A stretch of 64,000 nucleotides of DNA, taken from NCBI GenBank assembly GCA_963774265.1, contig CAVZDU010000005.1:480001-544000 (forward strand), given 5' to 3'. Below, one piece after another: positions 54,740 to 64,000 of this stretch. The position numbers and the translations under genes were made by a program. Each line of letters starts with the position of its first letter. Positions within the stretch are counted from its first letter, which is position 1. The DNA comes from an uncultured Chloroflexia bacterium (GTDB lineage Bacteria; Chloroflexota; Anaerolineae; CG2-30-64-16). The notes under the pieces are model-generated. The model was not told where the DNA came from, did not search any database, and saw only the letters and a list, made by a program, of their open reading frames with translations.

Positions 54740-54950
54740 CACGTCGACCGGGCGCCTCGCCCACAGGGCGTGCAGCTTACGTCTGGTCAATGTCACCCGC
54801 GAAGACGCGCTGGAACGGCCCGATGAACCTCTTTGCCGTCGACCAATCCAGGATTGCAAAGATCACCTGGCTACCTGAAGGTTTCCATTGCTTGCACTCT
54901 CCGTGTATCCTGATTATCCCTATGGCACCGTGCCGGTCTGTGCGCGAACT

Positions 54951-56633
54951 CTACCTGACCACGATGAAGAAGCAGTTGAAATAGGCCGTGTCAGGCTTGA
55001 GCTCCCAGGTCCCCAGGAAGGGGGTCACGCTGCGGTCGTCCACGCGCGCCACCACCTGGCTGCTGCCTGGCTTCAGGCGGATCGTCCTCTTCGGGCGGCC
55101 CTCCTCCTGACAAGAGCTTGGGCCGACGCTATAGTGCTTGCAGCTCGAGCAAGCTTCGATCGTGATCGATGTGGAGCTGGGCGAGCCGACAAGCACCGTG
55201 AGCACGTGCGGTGTGTCGTTGACGATCGTCACCTCGGTCTCCCCGCCCGCCGACACCCCGCCCATGTCACCCGGTTGTGGCAGCGCACCGTGCGTCCCTT
55301 TGGCAACCGCGGCGATTTGTTCGTCGATGGTGAGCGTCGCCTTGGGGACGACCGGTTTGCTCGTGGCGGCTGGGGTGGGAGGCTTGGGGATATTCTGCGC
55401 CTCTGCAATGCCGCTCACCGGCACATCCAACTTGACCAGCGAAGCCGCAACCCAGCCCTTCTTCCCGTCGGCCAGGGTCACCGCCAGCCAGTCGCCGGTC
55501 TTGGTCCGGCCGGTGACCCCCACCTGATCTCCCTTACGCAGTACGCCGATCTTCGGGTAGTTGGTGCCTGGCCCAGTCCGCACGTTGAGCACATCAGTGG
55601 TGACGACAGCACGCGGCGAACTGGCGGTGACGGTGGTGGCGCGCGTGGCCGAAGGGCCGGGCGTTGAGGTAGCCGTGTCTGTCGCCTGCGAAAGCACCGT
55701 CTGTGCCCGAGAACCTGCAGTCCAGTCCGGCTGGACGCCGGTGATCCCGCTCAGCAGCTGCTGCGCCCCGGAGCCGTCGGCATTCATCACCCAGAGACCC
55801 TGGCTGGAACCCTCTGAGTTCTCGGTGAAGGCATCGTAGACGATCATCTTCCCGTCGGGTGACCACGCGGGATTCGCTTCGCTACCGGGTTGAGCGAGCG
55901 CGTGCAGGCCGCTCCCGTCCGCGTCGAAGATGTACAGATCCTCCGGCAGTTCTTCGCCCCCTTGTGTACCGCAGCACCAGTCGCCAGCCAGGATCTTCTT
56001 GCCGTCGGGCGACCAGGCGAACGCCTGGAACCGCCACGGCGGCTCAAGGAGCGTCCGCGACTCGCCGCTCTCCACATCGAAGAGACAGACCTCGGAGGAC
56101 GAGAAGGCCGTGCAGTCGAAGACGATCTGGGTCCCGTCCGGCGACCAGGCATAGGCACCAGAAAAACTGTTCTTCCAATTAGGGCTGGAGAGTGCCAGCA
56201 CGCGCACACCCGAGCCGTCGGGACGCATCACGGCAAGCTTCCCCGCGGCGAAGAAGGAGATGTTCCCGTCGGGTAGCCACGCCGGTCGCGAGGGCCACAA
56301 GGAACCATCGCTAGTCTCGGGGGTCAGGAAGGCACCGCCACTGCCGTCGCTCTTGACGACGGCGAGCTGCCATTTGTCGGTGATGTAGGCGATCTGCGTG
56401 CCATCGGGCGACCAGACCGGATAGGATTGATTGACGAAGCCAGCCCCCGCCAGCCGGCGCGTCCCCTGGGCATCGAGCAGGTAGATGTCGGCGTACTTGC
56501 CCCCCTTGTGCGGCGAAGCGAAGACGATGGAGCCGTCGATCGCAACGGCCGGCTTCCCAGCCCCCGAGTCGCTGCAGCCCGAAATTGCGGCAACGACGAG
56601 GATCACCAACGGAATCATCTTGATTGGATTCAT
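54951..56633 (-). CDS. lipoprotein with TolB/PD40 beta-propeller and SH3b domain
   Basis: lipobox ISGC, repeated WSPDG motifs, LNVRTGPGTNY...GWV. Confidence 0.85.
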   Translation of the reverse strand: MNPIKMIPLVILVVAAISGCSDSGAGKPAVAIDGSIVFASPHKGGKYADIYLLDAQGTRRLAGAGFVNQSYPVWSPDGTQIAYITDKWQLAVVKSDGSGGAFLTPETSDGSLWPSRPAWLPDGNISFFAAGKLAVMRPDGSGVRVLALSSPNWKNSFSGAYAWSPDGTQIVFDCTAFSSSEVCLFDVESGESRTLLEPPWRFQAFAWSPDGKKILAGDWCCGTQGGEELPEDLYIFDADGSGLHALAQPGSEANPAWSPDGKMIVYDAFTENSEGSSQGLWVMNADGSGAQQLLSGITGVQPDWTAGSRAQTVLSQATDTATSTPGPSATRATTVTASSPRAVVTTDVLNVRTGPGTNYPKIGVLRKGDQVGVTGRTKTGDWLAVTLADGKKGWVAASLVKLDVPVSGIAEAQNIPKPPTPAATSKPVVPKATLTIDEQIAAVAKGTHGALPQPGDMGGVSAGGETEVTIVNDTPHVLTVLVGSPSSTSITIEACSSCKHYSVGPSSCQEEGRPKRTIRLKPGSSQVVARVDDRSVTPFLGTWELKPDTAYFNCFFIVVR

Positions 56634-56825
56634 TTCAAGCTCCCTTCTTTGCCTTGCAACTCGTCCGGATTGTCGCACATTCTCGGTCATACCCAGTGGC
56701 GCCGCGAGCGCTACAGTCACGGCTTGACCAGCTGGCCGCCAAGCGCCTCGCGACCAGAGTGGCCAGGCTGAGGAGCCGTGGCCGCGCGATCCTCATGACA
56801 GCGTGCCGCGCAACGATGCGTCTCA

Positions 56826-57421
56826 CTATCTACGTAGAAGGCTCACGGCGACGATGGCGATCACGCACACCAACGCGAACCCCAGGTAGGTAAGTATCGG
56901 TCTCTTCGAGCGATCCCACGGCGAATACACGCCGAGGAACGAGCCAAGCAAGCCCACGTAGGTCGCGGCCCACAGGAGGATCAGATCGTACTCAAGCGAT
57001 GCGCCCGAAGCGGCGCCCCCTTCGAAGTAGAACATCGCGTTCAGCGCGGGGGGCTCACGGCAACGGCGAGTGCCAGGAGATGCAACACCCACACCAGACG
57101 AGCACGCAGGGGCGGCCGGTCGGGGGCCAGTGACTTCCCCCGTCGCAGCAGGCTGGATAGGGCGAGGAAGACGATCGTCAAACCCGCGACGCACAGCCCG
57201 CTGATGAGCGTCGCCAACCCTGTGAAGAACGGAAGGGAACCACCTCCAGGGTGAGTGAAGAAGCCCGGGATGATAAGGACGTTGTTGCCGGAATCGCGCT
57301 GGAGCTCGTAGAGGTCCCACCCGCTCCACGTGCGGCCGGCTTCGGACCCCAGCCAGGGCATGAACGAGGCCGCGATCATCAGTCCGCTGGCCAGGAGAGC
57401 GATCGCGCCCGCGATCAGCAC
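56826..57421 (-). CDS. hypothetical membrane protein (frameshifted)
   Basis: SFMPW...SGWDL and several TM segments across two frames. Confidence 0.5.
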
Positions 57422-57850
57422 GCACCTCCTCCAGTTCGGCTTTGTCGCCGCTGGGATGGTGACCGCCGTGGCCTCGTAGGTGCCGCCTGTGCGAGACCTT
57501 GACGGCCAGGGTGTCGGGGAAGATCGGGGACTCCTGAATCTGCTCCTGAGCGCCCGCCGGTGCCGCGCTGCTCCTCTCGTCGGTCCCGTTGATCAACAGC
57601 TTGCCTTTGGGTCTCGCAACTAAATAGACCAGAATCCCAAAGACGCCGAACAGAAGTACGATCACGAACCAGCACCCTGCCCTGGCTCCCCGCTTTTTGG
57701 CCTCCTTGATGACCCAGACGAGGAGAGCGATGTTAATCGCCAGTGCAACGATTCCAACCGCAATGCCACAGAGGGCCACAGCGACATCGGTGTCTTCGCT
57801 CTGCGCAAAAACAGTCGTGGGCAGCAGAAGGGATAGCATAGCCGCCATCC
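57420..57850 (-). pseudogene. IS-interrupted PLDc_N-like membrane protein (5' end at 59823-59787)
   Basis: WVIKEAKKRG...WFVIVLLFGVFGILVYLVARP; joining the IS flanks restores MKRPVNTVASVLGMAAMLSLLLPTTVFAQ; 3' end uncertain. Confidence 0.7.
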
Positions 57851-59666
57851 CTAGCGTAAGTTTTGTGCAATCAGAGCCGGAGTCATGGAAATCGGCTCGA
57901 AATGACAACTTTGGAAGAGCGGCAGGCTGAGCTGGACGACCCAGCTGCCGACCTGAATGATGCGACCGGCATAGAGACTATCATCCGAGAACCTTAACAA
58001 GCAACCGTTGGGTAGCCACTGGACACTGGCAGGCGTGTGAGCAGCAACCTGGACCAGCGTTTTGATGCTCGCTGTGACCGGTACGAGCCACTGGTTAGGC
58101 ACTTGTCCGCAGTCATGGCACAACCAATGGGCGGCCCAGCGCAGGAAGTTGGCCGCAAAGGCGGCGAACTGTTCTTGCAGCCAGAGCGCCGGTAGGGAAC
58201 GCACCTTGAGATGGTGCATCTGGAACACGCCCTTACCTTCCTTGATGCCCGCCTCGACCGTCTGGCGACCATTGTAGAAGGCAAACCAGCCACCCAGATC
58301 TTTGGTGACAGCGTCCGACCCGAAGTGTAGGAGCGCGCCGTACCGCTCGGTCTTGCCTGTATAGAAGTGCTCAAGGGCAACATCGACCGGGTAGGGGTTG
58401 CCCTTGAAGAGCACGCCAGACCAGGCGATCATCTCGGCATTGGCACCTACGCGCACCCAGGGCGTCGTATCCTCGATCCTATGCAGCAAACTGGCCTTGA
58501 CCTTCTGACTGTAGGGTCGGGTGTAGACCTCGTAGCCCAGTTCGATCAAGCGGGCGACGTTTTCCCAGGTGCCGAACCCGGCATCCAATCGAAAGACGGC
58601 ATGGATGGGGGCCGGATTGGCAGCATTCTCCCGGTTGAAGTCGTCAAGCCGCTGGCCTAAGGTCCGCTCCATAGCCCGTAAGGCCGCGAACCGCACCTGC
58701 TCACGCGCGACGCTACGCTGAGCCTGCAGAAAGCGCTGCTGCTGGCGCTGCAAGCGGCGTTCGCAGGCGGCGAGATGCGCCCGAGCCTGTGCCAGACGGC
58801 AATGCGGTCGCCCCTTGCGCTGCGCGGCCTGCTCGCTGGCGGCCATCAGGCCAGTCAAGGCGGCATTCGCCTGACCTACCTGCTCGCTGCGAGCCTGCAT
58901 CAACGCCTGTGCTGCGCTGAACGCCTGGCAGCGTTGCTGAAGGCGCTGCTCAACCAGCGCCCGCTCTTGGCTCACGGCGTGCAGGCGCTGGCCCAGTAAT
59001 TCGGTACGCCGTCGGGGACGCACCCCGGTCTGGCCTTCTGCAGCCAGCACCATCTCTTCGGCTACTTGACAGGAAAGCACGTTGCCTGGATGCGGCTTGA
59101 CTGAGAGCCACAGTCGACCATAGGTCGGGCTCTTTAGGCTGACGACAGCCGCTTGGTAGCCGAGGCGTACCGCATCGTCCATGTGGCCAAAGGCAGCCCC
59201 GGGGTAGCTCGTGCTGGTATTGGAGACGGGTCGGCCGGTAAGATCGCCGTCGTAAATGAGCCGGCCCTCCTGGAGCAGCGCCTGCGCCACCTGATCGTCA
59301 ATGAAGGGATGGCTGATTTGGCTTAAGGCAGCGGCGATCCGTTCCGCTTCCGGTTGAGTGAGCGCCTGTAAGGTCCGCCCAACGCCACTGTAGTCGGCCC
59401 AGCCGTCCTGCTGCCAGGCAGTCGCCACAACCAGGTCTTGGTCCAACGGCCGCGCATCGCGACTGATGTCCTCGAGATGCGGCAGGCCAGCCAGAATCGC
59501 CACCAGGAACTCGACCACCTTGGTTTGTGGCTGATGCGTGCGGGTCTTCTGATGCAGAGATGCCGCCATCAGGACCTGAATGAGCCCGAGATGCTGGGCG
59601 TACTGGCCCAGAAGTACCAAGAGCGCATGCTCCGTATGGCTCGGTTGAGTGGCGACTTCACGCATG
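57851..59666 (-). CDS. DDE transposase (IS1380-like) with coiled-coil insertion
   Basis: YDGD, RLDAGFG, YNGRQTVEAGIKEGK motifs; Gln/Arg/Ala-rich segment between the first two acidic motifs. Confidence 0.8.
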
Positions 59667-59790
59667 GCGGATTCCTCCTTAACTGAGCGGAGATTCGCCC
59701 CGAGCATAACGGTTGCCTGTCGATTATAAAAGTTCGAATTTCGGGCCGTTTTCTATGATTCGACCGCTGATTGCACAAAACCTGCGCTAG
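57851..59790 (-). mobile_element. IS1380-like insertion sequence flanked by CTAG
   Basis: ends CTAGCGTAAGTTTTGTGCAATCAG and (revcomp) CTAGCGCAGGTTTTGTGCAATCAG. Confidence 0.88.
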
Positions 59791-60061
59791 TACACTGGCA
59801 ACTGTATTAACTGGGCGTTTCATCGGTCTCCCCTTTGCTGCTGATACTGTTTGCGAAATATGTGTACTGTCAGGCATCGTGTTGCACAGTAACACGGTCA
59901 AGATGGGCTGCCGGTCCCCTATCCTCCAGGAACAGGTTGCCGGTGTCGATGGCTGTCCGTCGTCTGGGCCGAGCACTCATCCCAGTGGCAAGAGCTACTT
60001 GCCCAGCTCTTGTAAGGTACGATCCATCAGAGTACACGTAATTCTCCATACAGCGATTCTG

Positions 60062-61606
60062 CTACTTGTTGTTGCGTCCCTCCGATATGATGCTCGTACT
60101 GCCGTCTTCTACCACGATGTTATGGTCCAAGTCTCGGGACGAGAGCGACGAGGATCCAGCAGGCGTGGTAACCTGCCAAGTCTCGGAATCAGTGCCAATG
60201 GCATAGTCATTTCGCGCCGAAACCCACCACTGGTAGGTGGTATTGGCACTCAACCAAACTGTGGACCCTGTGTCATTCACCCAGTCATAATCGTACCCCT
60301 GTTGGCCAACCCCCCGCCAATGCGTCAGATACTCTACTGCGCCAGACACAGACGACCATTGCAGAGTTACTGTCGTGGTTGACGCTGTACTTCCGTTGGC
60401 AGGGGCAACCAGGGTAGGGGCGGGCAGGATAGTTCCTCCTGAGCCCGTAGTGAAAGACCACACTTCCGAATATGGTCCTTGGATGTCACCGCACACTAGC
60501 CAGGCTCGCCAGTAGTAAGTCGTGGCGGGGTCAAGGTTTTGCGAGAAGCGGTGTTCTCTCACTCCGGGGTGAGGCGTTGAGGACCACAAGTCACCAGCAA
60601 CGTGCGTGAAACCAGAGTCCTCGGCTACCTGCAAACGCAATGTGGTTGCGCTCGGGTTGTTGCCATTATCCCACCTATATAGGGGTGCAATAGTGTTCAG
60701 ACTGCTTCCATTGGTAGGGCTAAGAAGTGTGGGAATTGTTGAGCAGCCCCCGGGCGGCTGCACGATCACCGATGCCACGTTACTCCACCCGCTCGCACCC
60801 CAGGTGTTGCTCGCCTGCACTCGATAGTAGTAGGTGCCAGCCGCCCTGCCGGTGGCGGTCCAGGAAGTGCTGGAGCCCGAATAGCGCGCCTCCGGGCTCG
60901 GGAATGCAGCATTGTCGTCCTCTTGAAGGAGATAGCCGGTGGCGTTGGCTGACGCGCTCCACGATACGGTGTAGTTGCCATCCCCGTCCGAGTTCTCGAT
61001 GGCGTTCAGCACCGGCGCTGCCGGAAAGGGTGGGAAGCCTTTCAGCGCTAGCGGCAGGTATACCGTGCTAAGAGGCGGATCAACTCGTTCAACTATTCCT
61101 CGCTGCCCACCGTCAGGGGGCACGTCATTCCAATAGTCTCCAAAGCTACCGCTACCTACGTCTGTCTGCCAATTCATTACAGCGGCATCCTCGCAACCCG
61201 GGTATTCCGTACAGAAGCAGCAATTGTTTGGCTCCTCTTGCTCCCAGTTCGTGTAAGTGACCGGTGCCCCACTTGACCAGACCCAATTGCCCTCGTCTGC
61301 GATGTCATTAAAGCCTATATAGAAATGCTCGAGCCTGCCGAAGGTATCCTTGACCCAAAGCTCCTCTTCTGAGTTGTCAAGGGTCACAAGATGACCACCC
61401 CAAGCTACCGCCTGAGTCTCTGCATCAAACCAACTCATTGGATCTGTAGGCCGGTAATGGTGACCATTGGCAGGATTGAAAAACCAAGACCCTCCTTGAG
61501 CCAATGCGACTCCTGACTTAGCCGAACCCAACGCCAACAGAGCGACAACGATCATTGTCATAGTCAATGAGAGCGCAGTGAGTTTTGAGTTGAATTTTAT
61601 GTTCAT
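60062..61606 (-). CDS. secreted C-type lectin + fibronectin-III/Ig-like repeat protein
   Basis: signal peptide; GGHLV, YIGFND, WSSG, YTNW..EPNN, WND C-lectin motifs; VYLPLALK; YYYRVQA/YYWRAW repeats. Confidence 0.85.
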   Translation of the reverse strand: MNIKFNSKLTALSLTMTMIVVALLALGSAKSGVALAQGGSWFFNPANGHHYRPTDPMSWFDAETQAVAWGGHLVTLDNSEEELWVKDTFGRLEHFYIGFNDIADEGNWVWSSGAPVTYTNWEQEEPNNCCFCTEYPGCEDAAVMNWQTDVGSGSFGDYWNDVPPDGGQRGIVERVDPPLSTVYLPLALKGFPPFPAAPVLNAIENSDGDGNYTVSWSASANATGYLLQEDDNAAFPSPEARYSGSSTSWTATGRAAGTYYYRVQASNTWGASGWSNVASVIVQPPGGCSTIPTLLSPTNGSSLNTIAPLYRWDNGNNPSATTLRLQVAEDSGFTHVAGDLWSSTPHPGVREHRFSQNLDPATTYYWRAWLVCGDIQGPYSEVWSFTTGSGGTILPAPTLVAPANGSTASTTTVTLQWSSVSGAVEYLTHWRGVGQQGYDYDWVNDTGSTVWLSANTTYQWWVSARNDYAIGTDSETWQVTTPAGSSSLSSRDLDHNIVVEDGSTSIISEGRNNK

Positions 61607-61633
61607 TGTACCCTCCCAATTGTGCAATGTAAG

Positions 61634-63237
61634 TCAAACAGCGAACTTGCTCATGTTTGTCTTCGCACAACTTGTCAGTAGACGGACAGATGTCGAACTC
61701 ATTCCGCAGCAAACGGCGGTCGCCGCTGAATTTGACCCAACGACCGTCCGGCACGATGACTGGGCGAGCACCCAGTCGACCACCGGCAGTGACGCCACCG
61801 GCACGTCCAGCTTGACCAGCGAAGCCGCCACCCAGCCCTTCTTCCCGTCGGCCAGGGTCACCGCCAGCCAGTCGCCGGCCTCGGTCCGGCCGGTGACCAC
61901 CATCTGAACTCCCTTACGCACTACGCGAGTCTTCGGGTAGTTCGTGCCAGGCCCAGTCCGCACATTGAGCGTATCGGTGGTGACGACAGCACGCGGCAAA
62001 CTGGCGGTGAGGGTGGCGGCGGGCGTGGCCGAAGGGCGGAGCGTTGGGGTGGCAGTGTCTGTCGACAGCAAAAGCTCCGTCGCTGCCCGAGAGCCTTCGG
62101 CTACCGGCATAGCCGTTGCCTGCTGGCTGACAGCCTCCGAGGTGGTCGCCGTGACGAGCCCTCGATTCCGAGAGAACGCGGGCAGCTTCAGACCCATAGC
62201 CGGCAGCAGCAAGACTGCACCCGCTGCCACGATCACCAGCACCAGCATTAGGGCCGCAAGGCGGGCGCCCTGGCCCACTTCACGTCGCGGAGCTGGGCGT
62301 GCCGGGATCGCCGGCAGGTGCATGGGCATCGACCAACGCTCGATCTCAGCGCCGAGCGATGCCGGCAGGGTCGTGCTGAACCAGGTCTCGGTCTTCGACT
62401 CGGTGCTGGTCTTGCCCTTCTTGTCTTTCTTGTCCTGCTTGAGCTCGTCCCAGTGCACCGTGGTGACAAGGTTGTAGTCACTCCGGCCGCACTCGCATCG
62501 CGACAGGTCGAGCTGGATCCGGGCGGGATCGGTGACGCGGATCGGCACGGCCTGGAGTGGCAGGGCCGATTCGCTGGCCAGCGCTTCGACGAGCGGCGGC
62601 GCGCCCTCGATCGGGATTGTCGTCGTCTTTGGTGTGCCGTACCAAGTCTCGCACGATTCGCAGAACGGGCTCTTGTAGGACCCGGCGGCGGTCATCGTGG
62701 CACCCAACAGGACAAGCAGCCCGTCGATCACCATTAGCCCATAGTTGAACGGCGGATCGACCGTCTCCAGAATCCGCGAGCTCTCGTGGAGCGGCGCGTT
62801 CATCAGCACAGCGGTTCCCATGAACGCCGTGTAGGTCAGACCCCCGGTCAGCAACCCAAGCAGGCCCGCGACCCAGGGCTTCCGACACTTGCCCACCCTC
62901 GCCCCCGATGCCACTGCGCTTCCGGCGACCGCGCCGATTAGGAGCGGATAGCCGATGCCGACCATCAACGCGGGGAAAATGAGCACGAACACGGCCACTC
63001 CGTTGCCGACCAGCCCCACATCTGACAGCCAGGCGGCGACCGCCGCGCTGAGATGGGTGGTCTGGATGCCGATCCAACGCGTGACCGCGCCCCCGAAGTA
63101 GCCACCCCCGCCAGCGATCAGCGCGGCCGGGACGCCGACGCCAACCATCAACGCCAGGGCTCTAAACGGGAGTCGTCCGCTGAATTGGTAGGGATGGCGC
63201 CACGAGGCAGCCTTGACATCCGGAACGTACGGCATTG
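61634..63237 (-). CDS. multi-TM membrane protein with CxxC motifs and C-terminal SH3b (3' end probably truncated)
   Basis: TM helices, PFCESCETW, CECG, LNVRTGPGTNY; start codon uncertain. Confidence 0.65.
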
Positions 63238-63698
63238 CCACTTCAGCCACCTCTTCTCTACCAGCGGGTGAATCGTCCAGCCACCCGGAGAACGATAATC
63301 CGCCCAGGCTGCGAGCATCGCTGGGCGCGCTGACATCGACGACCTCCCATTCGTCCAGCGGGTTGCCGTCGTGGCGCGTGCAGTCCGGCGCCTCCATCGT
63401 GGAGTAAGTTCCGGGGTCTGGGCCGGTCAGTTTGCATGAGTTGGGCAGCCTAACGTCTAAGCTCCGACTCGGCAATACATGAATGTTTTCCCGTTGACCG
63501 GTGGTTGGGGGGACAAAAAAGGCTTCCAACCCCCCAAGACGAAGGTGTCCTGGAATGGAAGGGAAGCCATGAGGTGACGATGCGACTTTGTGAGGCGGCC
63601 CATCCTTGAACAGAGGCACGCGTCGTTGTTGCTTCACAATAGCACGACGCGTATGGGGTGTCAAGCTTTTCCCAAATCAACAAATCGGAATTCCACTC

Positions 63699-63750
63699 TT
63701 GACAAAGTCAGAATAATGGTATAGAATACTCTGTAGTACAGAGTACTCTA
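63699..63750 (+). promoter_or_regulatory. sigma70 promoter with overlapping palindromic operator
   Basis: TTGACA-17 bp-TAGAAT; TACTCTGTA-G-TACAGAGTA 63727-63745. Confidence 0.75.
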
Positions 63751-63763
63751 AAGGAGTGATCCA

Positions 63764-64000
63764 ATGAACATCTCCCCTGACGAAGCCGAAGAAGCGCTGG
63801 CGGCCATCCAAAGGATGACGCAGAAGACCCGCCACTCGATTGCCAGCAGCGGCGCCTACATTTTCCTGATCGTCACGGGCATCATCTGGCTGGTCGGATT
63901 TCTGTCCACCCAGTTCCTGACCGGTGAAATCGTCGCCTATATCTGGATCGGGATGAGCCTCCTTGGCAGCGCTCTGTCCATCCTGCTCGGCACCCGGATG
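63764..64000 (+). CDS. hypothetical membrane protein (partial)
   Basis: SD AAGGAG; MNISPDEAEEALAAIQRM...FLIVTGIIWLVGF; runs off the window. Confidence 0.75.
   Translation, partial: MNISPDEAEEALAAIQRMTQKTRHSIASSGAYIFLIVTGIIWLVGFLSTQFLTGEIVAYIWIGMSLLGSALSILLGTRM

Noticed and set aside
52907-54859. 650-aa minus-strand ORF
   Set aside because: Antisense to dnaE2.
56826-57908. Single 360-aa gene as in the ORF track
   Set aside because: Its start lies inside the IS end and its middle is out-of-frame read-through; better explained as an interrupted gene plus a frameshifted membrane gene.
63238-63664. N-terminal extension of the 676-aa ORF
   Set aside because: Composition is not protein-like and it approaches the divergent promoter; the SD-like GAGGTGG before 63237 favours a later start.

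Overview
GC-rich bacterial chromosomal segment, most likely Chloroflexota (Anaerolineae/Caldilineae-like). This is inferred from the GAAC-N4-GTTC SOS box, the RpoD region-3 insertion, a 'VYLPL' surface-protein motif and a LacI-PBP/GAF/kinase/AraC hybrid regulator. 1-15.7 kb: alpha-galactoside/alpha-glucoside utilisation cluster (two GH13, galK/E/T, GH36, sugar ABC transporter, hybrid sensor, atypical receiver). 16-30.6 kb: PadR-controlled ABC exporter, small housekeeping genes and a second sugar-catabolic operon with a divergent Rpe-like epimerase. 30.8-34.6 kb: uncharacterised cobalamin-binding mutase-like gene plus opine-dehydrogenase gene, divergent from an RpiR regulator. Next come a CPA2 antiporter with a PII-like gene, surface proteins, an ISAs1 element (TIRs, 10-bp TSD), dnaG-rpoD and tRNA-Asn. 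A ~5.3-kb decayed island runs from tRNA-Asn to a degenerate near-full-length tRNA-Asn copy. It carries an EAD1-Shedu-like fusion gene bracketed by 92-bp palindrome-containing direct repeats, and an integrase remnant. The window ends with a LexA-boxed imuA-imuB-small gene-dnaE2 cassette and a surface-protein region containing an IS1380-like element with a coiled-coil insertion, inserted at CTAG within a signal peptide. Many genes, including rpoD, are frameshifted, most likely by sequencing indels. All family assignments come from motif recognition by eye, not database searches.
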